Assembly (NCBI GenBank): GCA_017420535.1
Contig: JAFOIV010000068.1
Coordinates: 7,541 to 71,540, forward strand
From: Eubacterium sp.
GTDB lineage: Bacteria > Bacillota > Clostridia > Lachnospirales > Lachnospiraceae
DNA: 64,000 nt
Reading direction: 5' to 3'
Shown: in pieces, positions 56,183 to 64,000 of the stretch
Position numbering within the stretch: position 1 is the first letter of the stretch
How the letters are laid out: every line of letters starts with the position of its first letter
The notes under the pieces: model-generated
What the model was told of the DNA's origin: nothing
Database searches by the model: none
The model's input: the letters and a program-made list of their open reading frames with translations, nothing else
Program-made: the position numbers and the translations under genes

Positions 56183-59028
56183 AAATGATCAAGGAATTCC
56201 TCGAATATTTAAGAGGTCTTATAAAAGAATATTTAACTAGTCGAATATTTCCTTTGACTATTCTTATGATAGTTCTCTTCAGCCTGCTGGTTTTCAGACT
56301 TTTCAAGCTGCAGATAAAAGAGGGTGATTCATATAATGACAGTCTTACTGTCCGTACAGAGAAAACACTTAGTATCCCTGCCATAAGAGGAAAGATCTAT
56401 GATGTAAATGGTAAGCTTCTTGCCTATAACAAGATAACTTATTCCCTTACTTTTGGAAATGATCAGAGACTTTCTGATGCGTCAGAGGAAAAAGATGTTT
56501 CAGAAAACATACTGAAAAATCAGGTTCTTTCAGATACCATAAAAATCCTTAATGCTAATGGCGATAAATTAGATATCGATTTTGAGATAGGTTATAAGAA
56601 TGGAATTTATTTCTTTAATATTTCCGGAGACGAGAAATTAAGATTCCTTAGAGATGTTTATGCTGCTGATTCAGTAAAAGATCTTAAGGATGAAGAAAGA
56701 AATGCTTCAGCAGAAGATGTTATCAAATATCTTACAGAACTCTTTGAGGTTTCTGATTCTTATGATCAGTTAATGGCCTATGAGATAATAGCCTGCCGAT
56801 ATAAATTATGGCTCAACAGATTTAAGCAGTATGTCCCTGTAAATATTGCCAGTGACATTTCAGAGAAATCAAGAGCAGCTATTGAGGAGAATCAGGATTC
56901 ATTATTTGGAATGAATATCTCGGTAAAATCTCAGAGAATCTATAATGATCCTGTATACTTCTCAAATATTATCGGTTATGTGGGAGATGCCTCAAGCGAT
57001 GATATAGAATACTTTAATTCAAAGATAAATGGCAATGCTTATTCAGAAACCAGTGTTGTAGGTAAGATGGGAGTTGAAAGAGTATTTGAGACAGATCTTC
57101 AGGGAATTGAAGGTGAAGAAACTCTCTACGTAGATAATCTTGGTAAAGTACTTGAAACAAAGAAGAGTACATCAGCTATTGCCGGAAATGACATTTACCT
57201 TACTATAGATGCTGATCTTACAAAGTATTGTTATGACATGTTAGAGAAGGAGATTGCATCAATCCTTCTTAGACATATCGAAAATATTGCATATCCACCA
57301 GATGATAATAAAGATAATGTGATAGCTATTACTGATGTATATGCTGCATTGTTCAGCAATAATCAGATTAATATTGAAGATATGGCTTCACCTACAGCAT
57401 CTGAACATGAAAAAAATGTTTATGCAACATTTCAGAGTGGTAAAAAAGATACCATTGATTCGATAAATAAGCTTCTTACTGATGATCCTGAGATAAACAA
57501 TAATCTTTCAAAAACTTACCAGGCTTATATGGAATATATCTGTGAATTACTGGGAAGAGAAGGGCTTTATAACAGATCCCTTGTAAATGAAGACTCAAAG
57601 GAATTTAATGATTATGTTAATGGTAATTCAAGTCTTAAGTCATTTCTTCAATACCTTATAAGTGTTGAGGCAATTGATGTATCTTCAATTGAAGAGCAGG
57701 ATAAATATTATGATTCAGATGAGATCTATAATATCCTTGTAGACTATATCGTTAAATATCTGGATAAGGATGAAACCTTTGGAGATGATGTGATCACAAG
57801 CCTTATAAGAGAAGGAAACATCTCTGGAGATGATGTTGTAAATTTATTATATGAGCAGAAGGTCCTTACAGAAGACGGTGACCAGGAATATGCATCATTT
57901 AAAAATGGAGAATTCGGCGCTTATTCATTCGTAATAAAGAAGATAACAAAGTTAGATATTACCCCTGCAATGCTTGCCCTTTCACCTTGTTCCGGATCTG
58001 TCATAGTTACTGATCCAAAGAATGGTGAAATTAGAGCATTGGTAAGTTATCCTGGTTTTGATAATAACAAACTGACTAACCAGATTGACTCAGCTTATTA
58101 CTCAAAATTATTAAAGGATAAGACTGCGCCTTTCTATAATAAGGCCACCATGATGAGAACAGCACCTGGTTCAACTTTTAAGATCGTATCAACTGTTGCA
58201 GGTGTTAATGAAAATGTTCTTGGTATTGATGAAGAGATAAAGGACATGGGTATCTTCGATAAGGTATATACAAAGCCTAGATGCTGGATCTATGCATCTG
58301 GTGGAGCAACCCATGGTACTCTTACAATTCCATATGCTATTGATAATTCCTGTAACTATTTTTATTACGAAGTAGGTTACAGACTTGCCAGTGTTTCAGG
58401 TACATATGATGATAGCGTGGGACTTGCCAAGATCAACAAATATGCCACAGAATTTGGACTTGATTCCACAAGCGGAATTGAATTAGATGAAATATCACCT
58501 AATCTTTCAGATAATGATGCGGTTACAACAGCAATCGGTCAGGGACATAATCTTTATGCACCGGTTCAGCTGGCCAGATATGCAACCACTATCGCTAATA
58601 GCGGAACTGCCTATAATCTTACTTTATTAAGTAAAGTTACAGATTATGAAGGACAGCTTATACGTGAAGGTACTCACACAGTTCATTCTGAAGTAAATGT
58701 TTCGGATCAATTGTGGAATGCTATTCATCAGGGTATGCGACTGGTAGTAACAGATGACTTAAAGTCAACTGAAATAATAAACGGTATTAAGGTAGAAGTA
58801 GCAGGAAAGACTGGTACAGCTCAGGAAAGTGAAGATAAGCCTGAACATGGTCTTTTCATTTCCTATGCTCCTTATTCAAATCCGGAAGTTTCTGTAACAA
58901 CTGTAATCCAGAATGGTTATAATTCTGCCAATGCAGCGGAACTTACAGGATTTATCTATGCATATTTATATGATAAAGATGCTCTTACCCGTTACTCTAT
59001 AAATGGTAATGGTAAGTTATCTGACTAA
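56179..59028 (+). CDS. class B penicillin-binding protein (PBP2/MrdA-like), unusually long at 949 aa
   Basis: N-terminal TM, SxxK (GSTFKI), SxN (SCN), KTG (GKTGTAQ). Located between mreD and rodA. Confidence 0.85.
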   Translation: MKMIKEFLEYLRGLIKEYLTSRIFPLTILMIVLFSLLVFRLFKLQIKEGDSYNDSLTVRTEKTLSIPAIRGKIYDVNGKLLAYNKITYSLTFGNDQRLSDASEEKDVSENILKNQVLSDTIKILNANGDKLDIDFEIGYKNGIYFFNISGDEKLRFLRDVYAADSVKDLKDEERNASAEDVIKYLTELFEVSDSYDQLMAYEIIACRYKLWLNRFKQYVPVNIASDISEKSRAAIEENQDSLFGMNISVKSQRIYNDPVYFSNIIGYVGDASSDDIEYFNSKINGNAYSETSVVGKMGVERVFETDLQGIEGEETLYVDNLGKVLETKKSTSAIAGNDIYLTIDADLTKYCYDMLEKEIASILLRHIENIAYPPDDNKDNVIAITDVYAALFSNNQINIEDMASPTASEHEKNVYATFQSGKKDTIDSINKLLTDDPEINNNLSKTYQAYMEYICELLGREGLYNRSLVNEDSKEFNDYVNGNSSLKSFLQYLISVEAIDVSSIEEQDKYYDSDEIYNILVDYIVKYLDKDETFGDDVITSLIREGNISGDDVVNLLYEQKVLTEDGDQEYASFKNGEFGAYSFVIKKITKLDITPAMLALSPCSGSVIVTDPKNGEIRALVSYPGFDNNKLTNQIDSAYYSKLLKDKTAPFYNKATMMRTAPGSTFKIVSTVAGVNENVLGIDEEIKDMGIFDKVYTKPRCWIYASGGATHGTLTIPYAIDNSCNYFYYEVGYRLASVSGTYDDSVGLAKINKYATEFGLDSTSGIELDEISPNLSDNDAVTTAIGQGHNLYAPVQLARYATTIANSGTAYNLTLLSKVTDYEGQLIREGTHTVHSEVNVSDQLWNAIHQGMRLVVTDDLKSTEIINGIKVEVAGKTGTAQESEDKPEHGLFISYAPYSNPEVSVTTVIQNGYNSANAAELTGFIYAYLYDKDALTRYSINGNGKLSD

Positions 59029-59060
59029 CATTTTTTTACTGGCTTAATTTGAGGAAATAT

Positions 59061-60173
59061 ATGTTTAAGAAATATAAATTGAGAAATTACAATTTCATGC
59101 TTCTTATTTTAGTTATAGCTGCAATGATCGTGGGAGTTGTTGCCATAAATGCAGCTGATAGCTCCTATACACAGAAACAGGCTATTGGTGTAGTTGGCGC
59201 AGTATTTATAATGGTATTCGTTTCATTTATAGATTATCATTTTGTATGCCGTTTCTTTATACCACTTTATATTTTAAGTGATCTGCTTCTTGTGGCGGTG
59301 CTTATGTTCGGTGACGGTGCTAATAATGCGGTAAGATGGTTTACTATAGGCGGAATTACTTTCCAGCCATCAGAGCTTACTAAGGTCATAATGATAGTAT
59401 TTATGGCACAGGTACTGAGTAAATTTAAAGAAAAAGAAGCTATTAATACCTTTAGATGTATAGCCTTATTCCTTATATCCATAGGTATTCCCATTTTTCT
59501 TATATATAAGCAGCCGGATCTTTCCACAACACTTTGTTTTACAGCTGTTATGTTTATCATGCTTTATCTTTCAGGATTAAGCTATAAGATAATGGGAGTT
59601 GCACTGCTGATTTTAGTTCCTGTAACCGGAACATTTATATGGTATATACAGCAACCTAACCAGAAGCTTTTATATGCCCATCAGGTTCAGCGTATCCTTT
59701 CATTTATCTATCCGGCTAAGTATGCAGAAGAAAATATTCAGCAGCTTAATTCCGTCATGGCTATTGGTTCAGGAAAGTTAGGCGGAAAGGGACTTTTATT
59801 ACAGGAATCAAAGTCCACAGTTGCATCATCAAAATTAGTATCAGAACAGCAGACTGACTTTATTTTCTCAATAATAGGAGAGGCTGCAGGTTTTATTGGA
59901 AGTGTAATTGTTATTGGACTAATTCTTCTTATAGTGTTACAATGTATACGAATAGCTAGGCGTTCCAAAGATACCTGTGGGATGCTCCTTAGTGGAGGTG
60001 CTGCAGGTTTAATAGGATTTCAGTCCTTCATCAATATTGCTGTTGCGACTGCTTTTATTCCAAATACCGGCATTCCGCTGCCATTTATAAGTTACGGACT
60101 TACGTCCTTACTTACAATTGCAATCCTAGTTGGAATAGTACTAAATATAAGCTTGCAGAAAAAACAATTTTAG
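59061..60173 (+). CDS. rodA: SEDS-family peptidoglycan polymerase RodA
   Basis: SEDS blocks FQPSELTKV, SEQQTDFIFSIIGE and TGIPLPFISYG. The ATG at 59061 with the RBS gagga is preferred over the TTG at 59049. Confidence 0.85.
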   Translation: MFKKYKLRNYNFMLLILVIAAMIVGVVAINAADSSYTQKQAIGVVGAVFIMVFVSFIDYHFVCRFFIPLYILSDLLLVAVLMFGDGANNAVRWFTIGGITFQPSELTKVIMIVFMAQVLSKFKEKEAINTFRCIALFLISIGIPIFLIYKQPDLSTTLCFTAVMFIMLYLSGLSYKIMGVALLILVPVTGTFIWYIQQPNQKLLYAHQVQRILSFIYPAKYAEENIQQLNSVMAIGSGKLGGKGLLLQESKSTVASSKLVSEQQTDFIFSIIGEAAGFIGSVIVIGLILLIVLQCIRIARRSKDTCGMLLSGGAAGLIGFQSFINIAVATAFIPNTGIPLPFISYGLTSLLTIAILVGIVLNISLQKKQF

Positions 60174-60188
60174 GAGGTATTTGACTAC

Positions 60189-60587
60189 ATGAATATTGTA
60201 CTTATTGCACATGATCCAAAGAAGAAATTAATGCAGAACTTCTGCATTGCATACAGAGGCATCTTAAAGAATCATAATCTTTTTGCAACATCTACAACAG
60301 GAAGACTTGTAGAGGAAGCTTCAGGTCTCCAGGTTCATAAATTCCTTGCAGGACATCTTGGTGGTGTTCAGCAGATTGCTACTCAGATTGAGAGTAATCA
60401 GATGGATTTAGTTATCTTCCTTCGTAATCCAATGGATCATATCACACCAGATAATGATTTCCTTAATATTTCAACACTTTGTGATATTCATAATATTCCG
60501 CTTGCTTCAAATCTTGCTTCTGCTGAATTAATGATCAAATCCCTTGAAAGAGGTGATCTTGACTGGAGAGATTTGTATAAGCATTAA
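60189..60587 (+). CDS. mgsA: methylglyoxal synthase
   Basis: IALIAHD-type N-terminus (IVLIAHDPKKK), ATSTTG, LGGVQQI, and 132 aa. Confidence 0.85.
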   Translation: MNIVLIAHDPKKKLMQNFCIAYRGILKNHNLFATSTTGRLVEEASGLQVHKFLAGHLGGVQQIATQIESNQMDLVIFLRNPMDHITPDNDFLNISTLCDIHNIPLASNLASAELMIKSLERGDLDWRDLYKH

Positions 60588-60611
60588 TGAAGATTATAAA
60601 GGGGATGAATT

Positions 60612-61598
60612 TTGAGATACGGACTCTTATATATGGGGATTCTTGTTATTGCAGCAATCCTCACGATTTCAATCTGCTATAAAAAGAATCAGATCTTTAG
60701 TGATGGATATAACAGTTCAATTTCTGTAACCTCCGATTCTGATTCAGATGTGAGAAGACCTTCTTTATATGGCTTCTCCAGAAATAGAGCATCAGTAGGC
60801 TTAAATGAAGAGATAAATGTCAAAAATTTTGAAGGTACTTACTGTGCTTTAATGATAAATAATGAAACCAATGAAGTCATTGTTAGTCATAATGCCAACA
60901 AAAGGATTTATCCTGCCAGTATGACTAAACTTATGACTTCTATTCTTGTGGCTGATGCAATAGAAAGCGGAAAGATCAGCCTTGATGATGAAGTTACCAT
61001 TACTCATGATATAACATTTAGAGAAGATGGTGCTATGAAAAGTGATCTTACAAAAGGATGTAAGATTACTGTAAGAAACCTGCTTTCAGGACTTATGATC
61101 TGTTCTTATAATGATTACTGTGTCATTTTAGGAGAACTTGTAGCTGGGGATCTGCCAACATTTATTCAGATGATGAATAACAAGGCTCACGATATTGGAG
61201 CAACTAATTCACATTTTATGAATCCTCATGGTCTTGATGAGCACGGACACTATGTTACAGCTTATGATATGTATCTTATTATAAATGAGGCTGAAAGGCA
61301 TGAGATACTTAGAGAGATAGATCAGTATAAGACATATACTTATTCATATATTGATTCATATGGTGATAAGGTTGAAGAAACCATAACTCCTACCAATGAA
61401 TTTTTATCAGAAAAGTCAACTCTTCCTTCTAATATTCAGATAGAAGCCTGGAAGACTGGTACAACAGGAGGAGCAGGACATTGTCTTTCTATGATCTGTA
61501 AAATTAATGGAGTCAGTTATTCATTTGTATGTTGTGATGGGGAGTCTACAGAAAACCTTTATAATGCATATTCACAGATGTTTAATATGGCTAAGTAA
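60612..61598 (+). CDS. D-alanyl-D-alanine carboxypeptidase (peptidase S11)
   Basis: SxxK (ASMTKLMT), SxN (SYN) and KTG (WKTGTT), with an N-terminal signal or anchor. Confidence 0.8.
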   Translation: MRYGLLYMGILVIAAILTISICYKKNQIFSDGYNSSISVTSDSDSDVRRPSLYGFSRNRASVGLNEEINVKNFEGTYCALMINNETNEVIVSHNANKRIYPASMTKLMTSILVADAIESGKISLDDEVTITHDITFREDGAMKSDLTKGCKITVRNLLSGLMICSYNDYCVILGELVAGDLPTFIQMMNNKAHDIGATNSHFMNPHGLDEHGHYVTAYDMYLIINEAERHEILREIDQYKTYTYSYIDSYGDKVEETITPTNEFLSEKSTLPSNIQIEAWKTGTTGGAGHCLSMICKINGVSYSFVCCDGESTENLYNAYSQMFNMAK

Positions 61599-61610
61599 AC
61601 AGGGGAAATC

Positions 61611-63023
61611 ATGAAATCTAGCAATAATAAAGTAACGTCAATTACCAAAAAGGTAAAATTTAATGCAGCTTCTATATTATTTGTTGTTATTTTATTTTAT
61701 ATAGTTGCCCAGATGGTAATGTCATTAAATAAACATCCAATAACGACTTATAAAGTAAGCTCATCGGATGTTAATGATAATATAAATTGTACAGGAATCG
61801 CTCTTAGAACTGAGACTTTGATAAAGGCAGATAAGAACGGATATCTGGTGTATTTCTTAAGAGATAATGATAAGGTGGCAAAAGGTGGTGCTGTATGTAC
61901 TGTAGATGAAACAGGAACTATAGTATCAACTATATCCGATACTAAAACCTCATCCGAGACAGTTTTTAGTTCCAGTGATTATCTTTCAGTAAGAAGCACT
62001 ATAGATACATTTAAAGATTCCTATTCAGATTCAAATTTTTCATCAGTATATAATTTTGAAGCCACAATTCAGGGAAAAGTTCTTGAGCTTTCCAATGAGA
62101 TTATGATGAAGAATTATAATGGTCAGACAGATGCAGTAAAGAATGGAGTATCCAACATGACATCTCCAGAAAGTGGAATTGTTTTATTCTACACCGATGG
62201 ATATGAAAATTATACTCCAGATACTTTACCAGATGATGCATTTTCAATCACTAACTATAAGAAGAAAGCCTATAAGTCCGGAGATATTGTAAATTCCGGA
62301 GATATTGTATATAAGCTTGTTACAGATGAGAAATGGAATCTGGTATGTAATCTTACATTTGAACAGGCAAATTCAATCCTTGAAAAGTCTAATCAGAGTA
62401 CCAGCCAGTCAAGGATCACATTTAAGATAAACAATTCTGATTTTGATATTACAACAAATTATGATTTGATCCAGAAGAAGGATGGTTATTATCTTGTACT
62501 TCCAATATCTAAATATCTTATAGATTATGCGGATGAGAGATTTTTAAATGTAAGTATCAAACTTAATGCCTATGATGGACTTAAGGTTCCTAATAAGTCT
62601 ATTGTAAAGAAGGAAGCTTATAAGATTCCTAAGGAATATTTCACCAGAGGTGGAGATGAATCCGAGACAAATAAGCTTCAGGTATACAGGTTGGATCAGG
62701 ATGGAAATAAGCAGGCTGTTCAGTTAGAGCCTAATATCCTTCAATCTGATGATAAATTTTACGTGGTAGATAAAGGTATCTTCAAGGAAGGGGATGCTAT
62801 AATCCTTATGGATTCCAGTGAGACAGTAGTTCCTGAAGCCCTTGAGAGAATCGATGTTCAAGGTGTATATCTTGCCAATAAAGGTTATGCTGAATTTAAT
62901 AGAGTAACCATTGTAAATGAAGGTGAAGAATTCACCATGATACAGCGTGGCGAAAATATTAATGAATATGACAATATTGTAATGGATGCTTCTGAGGTTA
63001 CTGATTATCAGAAGTTGTTCTAG
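61611..63023 (+). CDS. membrane-anchored HlyD/membrane-fusion-like protein with no adjacent transporter
   Basis: N-terminal TM, then lipoyl-like hairpin patterns (NGYLVYFLRDNDKVAKGGAVCTVDE, GDIVNSGDIVYKLV). The family call is by resemblance only. Confidence 0.5.
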   Translation: MKSSNNKVTSITKKVKFNAASILFVVILFYIVAQMVMSLNKHPITTYKVSSSDVNDNINCTGIALRTETLIKADKNGYLVYFLRDNDKVAKGGAVCTVDETGTIVSTISDTKTSSETVFSSSDYLSVRSTIDTFKDSYSDSNFSSVYNFEATIQGKVLELSNEIMMKNYNGQTDAVKNGVSNMTSPESGIVLFYTDGYENYTPDTLPDDAFSITNYKKKAYKSGDIVNSGDIVYKLVTDEKWNLVCNLTFEQANSILEKSNQSTSQSRITFKINNSDFDITTNYDLIQKKDGYYLVLPISKYLIDYADERFLNVSIKLNAYDGLKVPNKSIVKKEAYKIPKEYFTRGGDESETNKLQVYRLDQDGNKQAVQLEPNILQSDDKFYVVDKGIFKEGDAIILMDSSETVVPEALERIDVQGVYLANKGYAEFNRVTIVNEGEEFTMIQRGENINEYDNIVMDASEVTDYQKLF

Positions 63024-63051
63024 CTTAAAAGTTTTGAAGGGAAGCGGTAAA

Positions 63052-63744
63052 GTGATTACAGATAACTATAAAGAAGTTGAAGCAAATGTGATAGAGGCTT
63101 GTAAAAAAGCTGGCAGAGATCCTAAAGAAGTCCTTCTTATTGCAGTTAGTAAGACAAAGCCTTTATCTGATATCGAAGAACTGATAAAGATCGGCGTTAA
63201 GGATTTTGGTGAGAATAAACCTCAGGAACTTAAGGCCAAGTTCGAAGATGTATCAACCCCTGTTAACTTCCATCAGATAGGCCATCTTCAGACAAATAAG
63301 ATCAAATATATCATTGATAAGGCAGTACTTATTCACTCTGTTGATTCATTTCATTTGGCTGAAGCTATTGAGAAAGAGGCAGCTAAACGTGATATGATCG
63401 CCAATGTTCTTATTGAAGTAAATATTGCAAATGAAGAGTCAAAGTTTGGAGTTAAGAAAGAAGAAACTGAAAAACTAATAAGAGAGATTTCTGTACTGCC
63501 ACATGTGAAAATAAAGGGTCTCATGACCATTGCTCCATTTGTTGAAAATCCTGAAGACAATCGCCTGTACTTTAGGGAGATGAAGCATTTATTACTTGAC
63601 ATAAAATCTAAAAACATAGATAATGTTGACATGGAAACGCTGTCTATGGGCATGACAAATGACTATAAGATAGCTATTGAGGAAGGTTCAACTATGGTAC
63701 GTGTTGGTACTGCCATATTTGGCGAAAGAAATTACGCAATTTAA
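63052..63744 (+). CDS. yggS: YggS/YlmE-family PLP-binding protein
   Basis: LIAVSKTKP (PLP lysine), HQIGHLQTNK, and SMGMTNDY...GSTMVRVGTAIFG. The start is uncertain: GTG 63052 or TTG 63034. Confidence 0.85.
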   Translation: MITDNYKEVEANVIEACKKAGRDPKEVLLIAVSKTKPLSDIEELIKIGVKDFGENKPQELKAKFEDVSTPVNFHQIGHLQTNKIKYIIDKAVLIHSVDSFHLAEAIEKEAAKRDMIANVLIEVNIANEESKFGVKKEETEKLIREISVLPHVKIKGLMTIAPFVENPEDNRLYFREMKHLLLDIKSKNIDNVDMETLSMGMTNDYKIAIEEGSTMVRVGTAIFGERNYAI

Positions 63745-63785
63745 TTTTTACTAGTTTAAAATATTAATGATTGGAGAAAAATATA

Positions 63786-64000
63786 ATGGGAAAGGGAAAG
63801 AATGGATTCCTTGGAATTTTCAAAGTTGACGATTCAGATCAGGATTACGATGAAGAAGATATGGACATGTTCGATGATGATTATGATGATGAAGATTCAG
63901 ATGAATCTGCATTTAGTGGTATAGGTACATTTTTCGCAAATAAAAAGAAGGAGAAAGAACAAAATGCCAGCTGCATTGATCTATTTGGCGATCATGCTTG
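63786..64000 (+). CDS. 3'-truncated ORF, probably cell division protein SepF (N-terminal part only)
   Basis: ATG at 63786 with the RBS ggagaa. Amphipathic N-terminus (GFLGIFKV), then an acidic linker. Position directly after yggS/ylmE matches the ylmE-sepF synteny. The conserved C-terminal domain lies outside the window. Confidence 0.45.
   Translation, partial: MGKGKNGFLGIFKVDDSDQDYDEEDMDMFDDDYDDEDSDESAFSGIGTFFANKKKEKEQNASCIDLFGDHA

Noticed and set aside
62986-63051. Extended yggS start overlapping the HlyD-like gene.
   Set aside because: The extension (MLLRLLIIRSCSS...) looks non-native. YggS homologues begin near the VITDNYKEV segment, so a GTG 63052 or TTG 63034 start is preferred.

Overview
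AT-rich chromosomal segment from a low-GC Firmicute. The gene order looks clostridial or Lachnospiraceae-like, but that is an inference from synteny and protein motifs, not a search result. I support about 57 protein-coding genes, one tmRNA and one tRNA. Everything is on the + strand except one exonuclease gene and the tRNA. I see no rRNA, CRISPR array, transposase, integrase or phage genes, so this reads as core genome rather than an accessory island. Left to right: (1) a 5'-truncated TetM/EF-G-type GTPase fused to a Rae1/YacP-type NYN nuclease domain, then an esterase; (2) a Bce-like two-component system plus ABC/FtsX transporter module; (3) secG-rnr-smpB-ssrA; (4) a four-gene sensory operon (unknown protein, 7TM protein, HisKA_3 kinase, LuxR regulator); (5) a HEAT-repeat lipoprotein, a YprB-like exonuclease on the - strand, a DivIVA-domain protein, ruvAB, zapA and a U32 protein; (6) a SEDS + class B PBP pair, NUDIX, sortase B and tRNA-Leu; (7) galT-galK-galE; (8) a TPR protein, an rsmF-like methyltransferase and a pseudouridine synthase; (9) a giant J-like/TPR protein plus an HscC-like Hsp70; (10) recU and an SOS-box-controlled yneA-like LysM gene; (11) miaB-mutS-mutL-miaA-ynbB; (12) radC-mreC-mreD-PBP2-rodA-mgsA, a DD-carboxypeptidase, an orphan HlyD-like protein, yggS and the start of sepF. 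Most of the window is ordinary housekeeping. The items I would look at again are the GTPase-NYN fusion, the Hsp70 + J-like(NPE)/TPR pair, the split 7TM/kinase sensory operon, three helically phased direct repeats upstream of the gal operon, and the triple LexA-box promoter of the yneA-like gene. All homology calls come from motif recognition by eye; no database search was run.
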